Source: the human T2T-CHM13v2.0 reference genome, Homo sapiens. From it: a stretch of DNA of 64,000 bases. Positions within the stretch are counted from its first letter, which is position 1. The number at the start of each line of letters is the position of its first letter. The notes beneath the pieces are model-generated. The model searched no databases. It was given only the letters and a program-made list of their open reading frames with translations, and had not been told where the DNA came from. The stretch lies in NCBI RefSeq assembly GCF_009914755.1, contig NC_060929.1. One strand, written 5' to 3'. Position numbers and translations under genes: made by a program. Shown piece after piece: positions 14,061 to 28,541 of the stretch.

Positions 14061-15510
14061 CACAGACCCTGCTGTCCCTGAGGGTGGGAAACAAAAGAAG
14101 GATAGAAGGGAGATGGCAGGAAGTGGTGGTAGCAGCAGCCACTCCTGAGCAGTCTTTGGGGGTCTTAATATGGACTCACATCAGGACATTCTAACTAACC
14201 AACAATAGAGGTGCCATTCTGACAATGACAGTTTGTATATGCAAAGGTGTAAAACATCTTTTGATCAGGAATTTTGTGCGTACCATCCTGCTCCCATTCT
14301 TGATCAGACTAATTCCTAATTTTTTCTCCCAGCAGCTTCTTCACCCCCACTACAACCATTTTTAAGGGTGATACTAAAGGGATACCTTTAGTATCTTTTT
14401 AAAGAAATGCTCAGGCAAAATTGCCATCTTAACTCACCTTTGCCTCAAATCTTTTGCACCAAAAACTTTAAGGAAAAAAGATTCATTCTGGGATCCTAAA
14501 AATGTTGACATCATAAAGCAAACAATATTTATATCACTTAGCATAATAATATGAAAATGTATTTCCTAATTAATATTATTTGATGACAGTCAAAACAGTT
14601 ATTTTATAAAAGTGACAAATATCAAAATAATCCTTGATAACTCAGATATACAAAAGATAAAGTCCTTCAGTGCTCTTCAACCTATCCTTCATGCATATGT
14701 GAAAGTATACAGAAACTGACCATTAATACACTGTGCAACCTGCTGTCCCCCAAGAGAGTCACGGGTAACAGTTGTGGGGGTGTGGTTCTGTGTGTTATCT
14801 TTCCTAACATACTGGGAAGATAATCTTCAGCTTACCTCACTAGCTCCTTCTCACCAGAATTCCTTCCCTAAATTATCACATGCAACTTTATGGACCAAAG
14901 TTTCATTCATATGTTAGTGTGAATTGGTTTTGTCCTAATATGACAGTGCCTGACTGAGACCATTCAAGGAACAGGAGTTTTGTTTGAGGCTAAAACGGTG
15001 AGAAATTGGAGAAGATGGATTGGAAGATTTTGATTTGCTGGGACACCTTTTCTTGCCAACGGAGAATTGATAGTCTGGGGGCCAAGAAAAGAGGATAAAG
15101 AGAGGAAAGTGGATTTAGAACATGATATATAAGAGGAGCAAATTTTAATTTTGCCTAACCATAGGCAGCAGCGTATATTTCCAAAACATCAAAATTTGCT
15201 ATAACTCCTATGACTAAGTTAATATCAAGCTGAAAATGTAAAAATTCCCTCAATTTACCACAATATCCCCATGTAAACTATTTCAAGTTGGTGCTCTGGT
15301 TTGAGCCAATGCATTCAACCTGGTTTCTCTCTCATCAGAAAGAGAAGGGAAAAATGAAGAAAGAGATTCCTGAATACACTCCTATATCTACCAACTCATT
15401 CTTCAAATGACTTTAGAACTTTGGCCATCAAATGAATGTGCAGGTGTCTACTATAGTGTTAAAAATGTTATAAAGGTATTGATCCACACCAATTTCCATC
15501 TTGCCATTAG

Positions 15511-15640
15511 ATGTGATTCAAGCATTGTGAAGCTTTCTGGAGACATTCACTTATTCAGGCAAGAGCACCGGCAAATTGAGAAAGCCATTCAAGAATTCGT
15601 GCCCGCCCTGGAAACTCTTTCCAAGAACTTGGACATGAAG
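15511..15640 (+). CDS. FAM81B: FAM81B coding exon (130 nt; CDSSIVKLSGDIHLFRQEH...LSKNLDMK)
   Basis: cattag| acceptor, AAG|gtaatt donor. Phase 2 to 0. Confidence 0.93.
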
Positions 15641-18600
15641 GTAATTGAAAATAGATGGGACTCATATTACGTGTTACTGCCAGAAGTAAGATCATTATAG
15701 CTTATCAAAATGCCCAATCAGGTGGTAATTTTTTAAGAGAACTCTTTTCTTCCAAAGGGTGTAATTCTGACAGCTCACTCATATACGCCATGGAAACAGT
15801 CAATTCAATCAACAAATGTTTAATGAATGTCTGCCGTGTTCCAACACAGCCATCTACTCTAAGCATGCACTGCTTGAGTCCACCATTGCTGTTATTTTTT
15901 TACTCTCTGGAAGTAGTAAAATTATTTTTACTCAAGGACTATGGAACCAAGGAATATAAACAAAAGAACTTCCCATGGAAGCTATTATTATTAAAAGTCC
16001 AACATAAATGTGAATTGTTCATGTTACATCCCACTTAAAGCCCTGCAATGGGTTGTATCTCTTACAAAATAACATGTAAGTCCTTTGGTTGGTCTGGATT
16101 TTAAAGGCCATCTGTGCTTCTTGACTCACCCTTTATGCCCAGTGATACTGAGCTCCCTGTAGGTAGGTCCCCACTCACACCAAGATATTACACATCTTCC
16201 TCTAGTTTGTGCTCTTTTCTGCCTGAAGTGTCTCTTTTTCACCTTCCCAGTCAATGGTTTCACTAAAGTGGAGCCCAATGCAAAGTTTTCTGTGCTCCAC
16301 TTTGTCACATCTTATGCAAAACAAGCACTTCTCTTCTCCTCTGAAGTCATTTGGGCAGAACAAAGTAGACATCCTCTGGAAATTGGAAATATGAAAGTCT
16401 GGCGTTTGATTATTTGTTGGTAGGCGCCAGTTAATCCAGAGCAGGTGTTACTGAGCACATAGTTTACTCTAGTCCCATCTGGCTCTCCTTATCTACCTCC
16501 TACTCACCCATCTTATTAGGCCCAATAATTTTTAAACTCTCTTTGTTTTTCAAGGTACTCAATCATATCAATAACATGGCAATTTTATCTCTGGTTTTCT
16601 GATTTAAGACTTCATTGCTTTTCTTAAAGTCTTGAGCAGAAATTCCAGAATACTGTTAAATAAAAGTGGTCATAGAAGGCAACTTATCTGGTTCCTGATT
16701 ATCCTGGAAATGTCTTTGCTGTTTGCTGCTGGCTATTGGTTAGAAATATTTTTTAATCATGTTAAGGAAGTATCCAGTGATTCCTACTTAGTTTTTATCA
16801 GGATGGAATATCTACTTTAATCAAATGCCTTTTAGATATCAACAAATATCTAGAACCACCATATTGGTTGTTTTTTGGTTTGGGGATTTGTGTGATGTTT
16901 GTTGACTTCTTTGGCCTTCTAATGTGTTAATACATTTCCCAATACTGAAACATTCTTGCATTTCTATAATGAAAGCTATACAGTTATTGTATAATAATTC
17001 AATATTTAATTTGGCATCAGGATTCAAAAGTGACATTGGACTATAATTCCTCTCTGTTTAGTATATTTTTAAAGATAATGCATACACATAGCTCAAAAAC
17101 AAAACTACATAAGAAAATATAGCCAGAGAATTTTCATTCCCACCCCTTAACCATTCATCACATTTTTTTCATGATCCTCACAGGTAAGCATTTTTATTAG
17201 TCAATTGTGGATGCATTCAGTATGCCCTTATGCAGATATGAGCAAATGCAAATACATATTTTTATTCCCCCTTTATTGCACAAAAATAGTGTATATATAT
17301 ATATAGTATATGTAAATAAATAGTATATATATAGAGCTATGCTTTTAAAAAAAAAAACTAAACAAATATATCCTGAACATCTTTCCATATTGATACACAG
17401 AGACCTTCCTTATCTTTTTTTACAACTGCATACCCTTCCTTTGTATGTAATAGTTCAGTTAACTGCTCTTGCATAGATGGACATTTGGGTTCTTTTAAAT
17501 ATTTTGCTCTTTCAAACAATGCTGCAGTGAATAACCTTGCACATATGTCATTTTGTATGCGTATAGATATATCTGTAGAATAAATATCCAGAAGTGGGAT
17601 TTCAGGATCAAAATAGAATAAATAAAAGCAGAGAGAATTAAGCAGAGAGAGTACATGTGTGTTGTTTTGAAAGATCTTGCCAAATTGCTTTCTATATGGC
17701 TTTCACCTCATTGCACACCCACCAACAATATGTAAAATGTCCTGTGTCTCCATTGCCTCACCAATGTAGTATTGTTCAACTTCTGAATTTTGCCATTCTT
17801 ATAGGAAAAAGGCAGTATCTTTTTGTTTTAATTAGCCTTTTTTATTATGGATGAAGTTGAGCATCTTTTCACATATTTAAGGGGCATTTGTATTTCTTTT
17901 TTGGTGAACTATCTGTTTATGTCTTTTGCCTATTTCTCTACTGGGCTATTTTTCCTCTCTATCTCTAGGAGCTCTTTATATGGTAAGGAGATGAGCTGTT
18001 TTCTCTATGACACAAATTGCAAATGCATTTCCCCAGTTTGTCATAGGTCTTTGGTTTTTGACATGCACAAATAGTTCTCTAGTTGTAGTTGAATTTATCA
18101 GTTCTTTTGTGGCTGCTGGAATTTCAAATCAGTTAGAAAGAGCTTCCCTACACAAAGTCTTGAAAGAATTCTTCATATCTCTTCAGGCACTTTCATGGCT
18201 TTGTTGTTTACACTTAAATCCTTCGTCCATTTGTAGTTTTCCTAATATGTGTCTTAACTACTGTTTTAATTATTGAATCTTTATGGTATTTTTATATCTG
18301 GTAGGGCTAGTTCCTTCCACTACGTTCTTTTTTCAGTTTCCTGGTATAATTAGTTGTTTTTGCTTATAATTTTAAAATCAGCCTGTCTCATTTCAATAAA
18401 TAAATCAAAAATAAACTATTTTAATCTTTATTAAAATCATGTTAAATTTGTAAATAAATTTTAGAATTGACATAGTCATAATGTTGAGCGTTCTATCCAA
18501 GAATGTAGTGTGCTTCCCATTTGTCTGAGTTTGCTTTTAAGTTCTTGAGGAGTATTTTCAAATTTTTCTCATGTAGATTTGGCATAATTTCTTATTAAAT

Positions 18601-20034
18601 GTATTTTGAGATTTTGAAATCTTTTTCTTTTTAGTTTATTGTAACAGGGGCTTCGATATGCCCTCTAATTCATTGTTAGTTGTATATTATGAAGACAATA
18701 TTAATTTTATATTCCACAGTGTATTCTCTTCTTGATTATAGTAAGTTTTTAGTTTCCCTTCCTCCCCAAGAACACAATCATATGCTCTGTAAATGGTAAT
18801 AATTTTAGCTCATGTTTTTTCATTTTCATATGCAAAATTTCTCTCTCTTTTCTAATTGCTTTGACTAATAACCCCAAACAATGTTAGATAGTATGTGGGA
18901 ATAGTGGACATCCTGGTCTTCTTCCTAACTTTAACTGTCCTGTGTTTCCCTTATGATGGGGAAAGTAAGTTTCCCCATTAAGCATGTTTAGTAGCCAACT
19001 ATTCCTATATTATTGAATTTTTTAGAAATCAAAAACGATTATTGAATTTTATCAAATACCTTTTCAGCATTTATGAAATGATGTGTTCTCTGTTATACTA
19101 GTGTAATTATTTCCTATTATTAAACCATCCTTGCATTTTCTAAAATAAATTACACTCATTATGATGTATTTTGTTGTGGTGCAGGATAATGTTTGCTGAC
19201 ATTTTACTTAAGAATTTTGCATTAGTGCTTTTAAGTGAGATTAACCTATTTTCTGTGCCATCGTTTTCAGATTTTGGAATCACCATTGAACTGACCTCAT
19301 AAAAAAATTTGAAAGTTTTCTTATTTTTCTATGTTCTGAAACAGTTTAAAGAGTATTATAAGTATTCTTTAAGGATTTGGTAGCTTTGCTTCTGACATAT
19401 TATCTGAGCCTGATGATTTGATGGGGAAGGAAGCCCTTTGATAGCTTTCATTTTTTATATTTATTTTTTTGAGACAAGGTCTCTTTCTGTTGATTAGTCT
19501 GCTTAAACTTTCTATCTCTTCAGAGGTTAGCTTCTATAAATTACTTTTTCTTAGAAAAAAAATCTATTTCCTTCAGATTTTGAATTTGCATAAAGTTATG
19601 CAAAATGCTTTTAGGGTGGTTTTAATTCTCTCTGCTTTTATTTATTCTATTTTATTATTTTGTATATTTGTGCTTTTCTTTTTTTCCCCCTTGATTAGGT
19701 TAGGTGTGCCTTAACAATGATTTTACAATTAACAAATCCTTTTATATATTTTTTATTTTCTGCTTCTATTGTCTTTTCCAACTCTCCAATTTCACCTTTT
19801 ATCTTTTCTTTTTCCTTGCCTGCAGGGTATTTTGTTGTTCATTTTGCAACTTTTTAAAACCACATGTATTTGTAGTCTTTTTTGCTGACATGAGCATTTA
19901 TGGCTGTGAATTTTTCCTGAGCATTCATTCTTCTTCCTTATATCCCCCGGAGTTTAACATGTAGTATTCTCATTATTATTTCCTAGAAATTCTGCAATTG
20001 CATGTGGTATTTTCCCTTAAATAGTTAAGAGGAG

Positions 20035-20412
20035 TGTATTAGTCTGTTCTCACACTGCTAATAAAGACATACCCAAGACCGGGTAATTTATTTTTTTAAA
20101 GAAAGAGGTTTAATGGACTCATAGTTCCACATGGCTGGGGAGACCTCACAGTCATGGTGAAAGGTGAAGGAGTAGCAAAGGCATGTTTTACATGGTGGCA
20201 GGCAAGAGAAGTGCCAAGCAAAAGGGGGAAAAGTCCCATATAAAACCATCAGATCTCATGAGAACTCACTCACTATAATGAGAATAGCAGCATGCAGGTA
20301 ATTGCCCCCATGATTCAATTACCTCCCACGGGGTCCTTCTCATGACATGTAGGGATTATGGGAACTACAATTCAAGATGAGATTTGGATGGGGACACAGC
20401 CAAACCATATCA
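20035..20412 (-). mobile_element. THE1 (MaLR) solo LTR
   Basis: tgtattagtctgttctcacactgctaataaagacatacc ... gggacacagccaaaccatatca. TSD aggag/aggaa. Confidence 0.93.
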
Positions 20413-20960
20413 AGGAAGTTTTTTCCCCACCCTCTGAGTTAAGGACTTTTTGTTTTGTTATGCTGGTATTCATTTTTAGTTTCATCTCATTGTAGGTAAA
20501 AATTTTAATATATGTAAGTTTTAGTTTTTGGAATATTTTGAGGATTGTTTTTGGTGGCTGGATAGTCCATTTTCATACATGTTCTAAAAAAAGTGTATTC
20601 TGTATTTTTAGGGCACAAAGTTCAATCAGTACTTATAGGGAATAACTTACTGGTTAAATCTTCTGATCCTTACTTATTTTTTAGTCTACTGCTGTCTTGG
20701 ATTGAGAGGTGAATTAAAGTCTCCTCTGGTTATCAGACTTCCATTTCACCTATAATTTCAGTTTTTAGAATGTTTCTGCTATGTTATTTGGCTTACAGAT
20801 ATTCATAACTACTCTTTTTTCTTTCTTAATTTTAATACTTAAGTTTCCTCACTTCACATGTAGAGTAGAACAAACTTTGCCTATTACCTTTTCGAAAAAC
20901 CAGCCCTTGGATTACACATCAATCCCCATACCTTTTGTTTTTATTCATTTGTTTTTAAAA

Positions 20961-21553
20961 TATTTGTTTTCAATTGCTGCCTTAACAAATTACCATAAAC
21001 ATAATAGTTTAAAACAACACAAATGCATTATCTCATGCTTTCTGTAGGTCAAAATTTGGGAGGGGCTAGACTGGACCCTCAGGATCTCATAAGGCAGAAA
21101 TCGAGGTGTCTGCAGAGTTGTGTTTCTTTATGGAGGCTTTGGGAATGAATCCTGTTCAGGTTCATTCAAACTTTTGAATCCAGTTCCTTGCAGTTGTAGT
21201 CCTGAGGTCCTTGCAGGCTGTTAGCTGGGGGTTGGTCCTTGCTCCAGAGGCCGCCTACCTTCCTTCTTGTGTTTTCCATGTGGCCTTTCTCCAGCAACAG
21301 CAGGTCAAGTCCTTCTCATGCTTCAAGTCATTCTGACTTCACCTTCTGCTGCATCCCTCTCACACCAGCTGGAAAAACTTCTCTGCTTTTAGGAGCCCTG
21401 TGATTAAGTTAGGCCCACTTGGATAATCCAGAATAATCTCCCCCTTTTACTTTAATTACAGCTGCAAATCCCTTTTGCTCTACAGCATCGCACCTTCACA
21501 GGTTTCAGACTGAGGGCATGGACATCTTTTCGAGCCCATTCTGCCTCCCACAA
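20961..21553 (-). mobile_element. MLT1 (MaLR) LTR
   Basis: ttgctgccttaacaaattacc...ccacttggataatccagaataatctccc...ttctgcctcccaca. Confidence 0.85.
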
Positions 21554-21792
21554 TTTGTCAATTTCTTCATCCTGCTTTCCTTTGATTAGGAATTTTTTAT
21601 TCCTTTTAAACTTCGTGAAATGAATGATTCACTTACATTGCCTTATTCTTTCTTGTATAATTATGAAAATATTTAATGCCACAAATTTACCTCTGATTAT
21701 ATATTTGGCTGTGTCCTTTTGATATGTAATGTTTCCATTATCTTCTCCTAAGTAAATTTGTAATTGCAGTGTTGATTTACTCTTCGGCACTT

Positions 21793-22157
21793 GTGTTAGT
21801 CCAGATCCTTTGCGAAGCAAATGCCATAAAGGAATTAAATGTGCAAGAAATTTATTGAGAGGAAAATTGATGAAGAAAAATTGGGAGGGAGACTATGACA
21901 GAGGTCTGGTTTCTGTGAAAAAGATGGAGAAAGAAGGCTTTAGGATTGCAGTGCCATTCTAAGATTATTTCAGTGAGTTCCTTTGTTCCTTGAACAAAAG
22001 TCACGCATCAAAGGACTACTCAGACATTGGCTAGGCACGGCCTGTAGAAAGCATGGTCTGGACACTCGTGATGGATTTTGAGCACAGTAGTCACAGCCCT
22101 TGGCCAATTATGCTCCTTGCAGTAGGACATCTAAGAGGCACATTTTCATGTGAAACA
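21793..22157 (-). mobile_element. Old MLT1(H-J)-type LTR
   Basis: tgtgttagtccagatcc...tgtgcaagaaatttattg. Confidence 0.6.
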
Positions 22158-23579
22158 CTAAAATCAAGAGTGGGTTTTTTGTTGCTTTTTTTTTACTCAA
22201 GTGACTGGGTTTTTGTGGGTTTTTATTCCTTTATGCTTCCTTATTAACTTCTAGTTTTAGCACAGTGTGGAGTTATGGCCTGTGCTTTTCCTGCTTTTTG
22301 GAATAATTTGAGATTTTCTTAATGTTGCATATGTGCTTGGTTGTTGCAGATGCTTAGTGGGCACTGGGAAAAAATGAATGCTGTTTCCAAGTTACATGGT
22401 TTGATATATAAATCTATGAAATACATTTACAGTTTTTATATTTTCTTGTATCATTATTTATATTTTACTTACTTGACCAGTAAAGAGTCAAGAAAAGTCA
22501 TTTAAAATCATTAATGTATTGTCTCTGTTTATCCTGAAAAGCTGTTGCTTTTTTGCTCAATATATAAATATTCACAGCTCTCTACTTTCACAATGAGTTT
22601 TACTCTTCATCTATAAAGATGACCATCTTTGTCCCATTTTTAAATGTGTTTTGCTTTAAGTAATATTTTACCTAACATTAATATTGCTCTGCTGCTTTAT
22701 TTTCCTTTGCCTTTACCTGTAATTGCCTATTATTATAATAAATTGCCTATTATTTTATTTCAAACATTTCCATCTTTAGCCTGTTTTAAGTGTATCTTTC
22801 TCCTGTAAATAGCCACTCAACTGCTGTTGGTTGCCCACCCAACACTTACCTATTCAAATCCTTCCGTTACTCCCCTCTTTCTTTCATAAGAACTCATTTT
22901 ATTAAATGCCCACTCTCCTCCATATGACCGTCTTTATTAGGAGCTGAATTCTGTTTGACCAAAGCCAATCATGTAGTTTCATTCTCCTTAAAAGTGACTA
23001 GTTTAGGCATGATTATGGGTTGCAATTCTGCCTCTATTTTTTAATCCAGTTCTTTTACATAAAGAAACTTTCTCAATGTTTCTGGCAGTTTGAAAGGTGC
23101 TCTAATCTTAAATTCTAAAACTGGAATTTGTTTTTTTCCTATCCTTAAATGCCCTAAGTCATTTCACTTGGGATTCACTTGTGCTCATGTCAGAATACTA
23201 TCTGGAAATCTTGGGCCTGTCATGTGTGTTTTCCTCAGAGCCTGATTGTGCATTTAAACATTTATTCAATAAGTATTTGTTGAGCATTTACCATTGATCA
23301 CCTAATGTGCACTGAGGATATGGTGGTAATAGCATACCATATCTTGTATTGTAACGGGAGACAATAGAGAAGTAGAAATATAATCAAATTAACAGACTAA
23401 TAAACAAACTAATGGAAACAGCATGTTTTTGTTATATCATTAGATGGCCTATGATCAAAAAGAATATTCTAGACAACAGAATGGAACACTCCCTATTATT
23501 CTTTCCTTGAAGATAGTGTAACTGTAATACTCATTTGAACACAAGGCATTTTCAAGTGCAATCATGCTTTAGGTTCAAG

Positions 23580-23655
23580 TCTGTTTCCCAGCTCCTTAAA
23601 GGAATAAAGTATATTAATCTGTTTCCCGGCTCCTTAAAGGAATAAAGTATATTAA
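23580..23655. repeat. 38-bp tandem duplication with 1 mismatch
   Basis: TCTGTTTCCCRGCTCCTTAAAGGAATAAAGTATATTAA x2. Confidence 0.9.
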
Positions 23656-23709
23656 TGTGAATGCTGGTGGTTTTGTTCATATGCACAAACCCTCTCGTAC
23701 TTTGACTAG

Positions 23710-23816
23710 GTGATGCAGCTCTTAGGAAAGATAGAAACTGCCAGTTCTGAGCAAACCTCGAATTTAAAGATGGTCCAGGGGGATTATCGCCACGAAATGA
23801 ACCTTTTGGAATTCAA
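23710..23816 (+). CDS. FAM81B: FAM81B coding exon (107 nt; VMQLLGKIETASSEQTSNLKMVQGDYRHEMNLLEFK)
   Basis: gactag| acceptor, AA|gtaagt donor. Phase 0 to 2. Translated by hand, absent from the ORF track. Confidence 0.92.
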
Positions 23817-24249
23817 GTAAGTGAATAGAAGATTTTTAATTCTGTTAAGTGCATTCCAAAGAGTTTTGCCTAATGAAAGCATTGGCATGAAATAAAAACC
23901 TATCCCAGGAATTTGAACCTGGCCAAGAAATAAAGCAGTGAACTAACACAGAGAATATTTTACACTAAAGTAACTTATATAATATTTATAATAAAAGAAT
24001 TATGAATATTAATCTTATCATTCACTTTGACTGCACAATATCTCAACTGAATTGACACAATCATTTTTACCCTTCCTGTAATTTTTACTTATTATCAATT
24101 GCATATTAAAATGTCTCAATGTAAAGCACTATGGAAAATAATTTCATTCCTCAAGATTATCAAATATTTTTAAAAACAATTTTGATACACAAGCTTTTCC
24201 TTTAAGATTCTTCCTAACATCCTCTATTTACTCCTTTACATTATCATTA

Positions 24250-24546
24250 TTTTATTATTATTATTATTATTTTGAGACGGAGTCTCGCTCTGTCGCCCAG
24301 GCTGGAGTGCAGTGGCGCGTCTCTGCTTACTGCAAGCTCCGTCTCCTGGGTTCACGCCATTCTCCTGCCTCAGCCTCCTGAGTAGCTGGGATTACAGGCA
24401 TGTACCACGACACCTAATTTTGTATTTTTAGTAGAGACCGGGTTTCTCCATGTTGAGGCTGGTCTCGAACTCCTGACCTCAGGTGATCCGCCCGCCTCAG
24501 CCTCCCAAAGTGCTGGGATTACAGGCGTGAGCCACTGTGTCCGGCC
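24250..24546 (-). mobile_element. Full-length Alu with mosaic AluY/AluSp diagnostics
   Basis: (TTA)n tail, Alu body, tacattat on both flanks. Confidence 0.93.
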
Positions 24547-24878
24547 TACATTATTTCTTTTTAAGACTGGTCTCTACCCCATCTTAAACTGAATTTTTTC
24601 CTCCACTCAATGGAGAAAGCAGTAAAGGAGACAGCTCCACAAATGTTCAAATTACTGGCTTCCTTATTATCAAATCTCCCTTTTTTTTTTTTTTTAAATG
24701 ATCATCATTTCCAGGGTCATGGTGCAGGCAGAGGGAAATTCTAGTTACTTGGATACTATCATACTGTCCCTTATGCTCTTATTCTTTTTACTCTATGTCT
24801 CACAACATTTGGGTTTAATGCCTTAATCAAATCCAGTATCCTGATAATACTCTACTTTCTCCATTTTTTCCCATCTCT

Positions 24879-25032
24879 ACTGTATTTTATTAAATCTAAG
24901 TGCCATTGAATATAACATGCACCATTATAATTTTGTACCTGTAAGACATGAAGCTAACAATTAAACCGTAGCATATCATCATTTTAAGATATTTCTTGAT
25001 TTTGGAGATGCTAAAATGCGAAATATGTGTGT
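24879..25032. mobile_element. MER104-like Tc2 DNA transposon
   Basis: ctgtattttattaaatctaag ... gtgtcttacaagttgatgtaaaaca inverted ends. Confidence 0.5.
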
Positions 25033-25639
25033 CTTACAAGTTGATGTAAAACAATTGTCCTTACTAAAACTTGGAGAAGTAGTTGTCAAGTAAACAGAAA
25101 ATACTCATGTTCTTCATAGTCTAAGAAAGCATTTCTACTTTCTTAAATTCTAGCACAATGAGGGTGTTCAGTGAGTAGCTAATCTAATACCTTTAGCTTG
25201 GAATTAAGACAAAGAAAACTGTCCAAAGGAAAAGTAGAACAGTAATCTGTTTCTAGATATACAGATTAAGAATTGACTGTATAGGGAAGGGATGGGATTT
25301 ATAAACTGAAATGGAAGGCTGACTTAAAGGGATGAGGTATATTAACAAGTGGAAAAGAGAGAAAAAGGAAATGTTTGAGATCCAGGGCTAACTGCTGCAT
25401 TACTGATGATGCTCATTTTTTCTGTCTTTGGTATTATGGGAATTTGGCTTATGGAAAGTCATCTGAGTAGTTAAATCTGAATCTGGACACTTTTATAACA
25501 GTGTAAACTTGACTCTTTTTCTCACTTTAAATAATGAAGTCTTAATATTTCAGTAGTATTACAGTAGGTGGCAGTGACTCTATAAACCATGCTTTTCCCC
25601 CAGGCAAATAATTCTAATAATTCATTTAGTTACACAACT

Positions 25640-26144
25640 GACTTTTATATTTAAATTTTCTCCAATTTTAAAAATTAAAAATATGCATTAATTGTAAAAA
25701 AAAAAAAAAACCAACAACAGTGAAAAAAGAGGTCATCATCTCAGCCTTCTGTTGTAATCAATATTAACACCAGGGATGTAGCCATCCTCAATTTCCTCCT
25801 TGTTAATATAAGTATATAACAGAGAAAGGATATGTATATATTATATGTATAGAGGAAGCATGGGTTTTAAAAATAATTTCTATACCTATTACTCAATTAT
25901 TTGATTTTTCTAGTACATCCTGGATATCTCTCCAGATCAGTAAATGTTCTAAGTTTTTTATAGCTGTACAATCTTTTAACTTATATATGTGCCATAATTA
26001 ATTCAACCATTTATCTTATTGCTGAATGGATTATTTCTAGTTTAGGACTACCACAAGAAACAAAAAAAGTATTATGTGTATATCCTTAGATATCCTTAAA
26101 TACTGGCACTTTTATTTCTATAGGCAAGCTTGCTAGGTTAAAGA

Positions 26145-26194
<50 letters not shown>

Positions 26195-26500
26195 TTTAAT
26201 TTTATAAATTTCTTCTTTAAAATGTTGTAGGGTTTTACACTTCGACCAGCAATGTATGAGAAGACCTTTCTCTACATTTTAACCAATGATGAATGTGTTC
26301 TCTTTTTAATACTGGCCAAAGGATGAAAAAAGCATCTGTTTTAATTTGCATTCCCTTTTACTATTTGAATATTCTGTGAATTGCCCATTATTATTTATCA
26401 AATTTTGTATTGGGATTTTTGTCATTGTCTTATCAATTTTTAGGATTCTTTCACATTAGAGATATTAACCATTTGACTGAGATATGTATTGAAAATGTAT
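25640..26500 (-). mobile_element. Old L1ME fragment containing a (TA)n tract at 26146-26188
   Basis: ttacacttcgaccagcaatgtatgag and ttaatttgcattcc motifs. Confidence 0.65.
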
Positions 26501-26796
26501 TTTGCTCAAAGAGAAAGTAAGACAGGGTTATTTTTTTTTTCAATCAGAAGACCTCTGTTTCAATCTGGTATATTGGATTTAGTTTTTAACAAGGTTAACT
26601 TTGAACAAAAATAAGTAGTTCCACTACTTTAAAAAAAAGTAAACTGCTGCTAATATTAGGATTTTGAGGTACATATACATTTAAAAATGAAGTAGATAAT
26701 GTATAGAATTCACTTTTTTTAAAGAAATAACTTTCTCTGAATAAAGAGATTAACTTTAAATAAAAGTGTTTTAATAACATTAAAGGTTAAGTTTAG

Positions 26797-26948
26797 TCAG
26801 ACACCGTGGCACACACCTGTAGTCCCAGCTACCCAGGAGGCTGAGGCAAGCAGGATCGCTTGAACCCAGGAGTTCGGGTTACAATGAGCTGTCATTGCAC
26901 CACTGCATGCCAGCCTGGATGACAGAGCAAGACCTGGTCTCTAAAAAA
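26797..26948 (+). mobile_element. Alu monomer (FRAM/FAM-like)
   Basis: cctgtagtcccagctac...ggatcgcttgaacccaggagttcg...gacagagcaagacc. Confidence 0.85.
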
Positions 26949-26976
26949 GTCTTTTAACAAAGGTTAAGGTTAACCT

Positions 26977-27782
26977 TTGTTTGGCTTGAAGACCAGAAAA
27001 TTAGACACTACAAGATTGAAGACAGCTAATTTAAGAAACATCCACAGCAGAGACTGGCACAAGTTCTTTGAAAAGTGTCTCAGAGGTGCTGACAAGTCCT
27101 TTCAAGATTCAAGATCAACAAGAAGCTATTGACTGGCTTCTCGGTCTAGCTGTGAGGCTTGAATATGGAGATAATGCTGAAAAATACAAGGACTTAGTAC
27201 CTGATTATGCAAAAACTGCTGACAATGCAACTAAAAATGCAGAACCATTGATCAATTTGGATGTAAATAATCCTGATGTTAAGGCTGGTGTGAAGGCTAA
27301 CCTGCTTCAGATTCAATGTCATGACGATTACCTGGTAATGCCTAAGGCAATTCGAATTTTGGTTCAGGAGCACCTGACAGGATGCAGTTGCTAAGGCAAA
27401 TCAAACAGAGGGTTTGCCTGTTGCTTTAGACAAAATATTATTGGTTTTGATGCAGGAGATGCAGTTCTTAATGAAGCTGCTCAAATTCTGCAATTACTGC
27501 ATATAGAAGAGCTCAGAGAGCTACAGACAAAAATTAATGAAGCCATAGTAGCTGTTCAGACAATTATTACTGATCCAAGGACAGACCACAGACTGGGAAA
27601 AGTTGGAAGATGAACACTTTAGGACTTCAGCTTCTCACCTATTTAGTACAACTGGGAACCATGTCCACTTCTGGCATGTTTGAAAATCAAACGTCACATT
27701 TTGCGGGGAGGAATCCCAGAAAAGTGACTATGTTCTAGTGCTTTTTTCTTTAATAAAGTTTAGGAAAGTAGGGGAAAAAAAA
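26977..27782 (+). pseudogene. 5'-truncated processed pseudogene of RTRAF (C14orf166/CGI-99, tRNA-ligase complex subunit)
   Basis: Intronless match from VWLEDQKIRHYKIED through AIDWLLGLAVRLEYGDNAEKYKDLVPD to DPRTDHRLGKVGR* (TGA 27611-27613). Several frameshifts. 3'UTR with AATAAA at 27752-27757 and an A-run at 27775-27782. Confidence 0.93.

Positions 27783-28541
<759 letters not shown>

Larger units (their letters stand above)
16580..22800 (-). mobile_element. Cluster of old L1M fragments with nested LTRs
   Basis: T-rich antisense L1 motifs such as gatggacatttgggtt, gttgagcatcttttcac and aaaccatccttgcatt. Confidence 0.75.

Noticed and set aside
16580-22800. Many Phe/Leu/Ile-rich 60-90 aa ORFs
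   Set aside because: By-products of T-rich antisense L1 sequence, with no splice or homology support.
27068-27394. 108-aa ORF as a functional RTRAF paralog
   Set aside because: It starts at TTG, not ATG, and its first residues are out of frame with RTRAF. The copy is 5'-truncated with multiple frameshifts.
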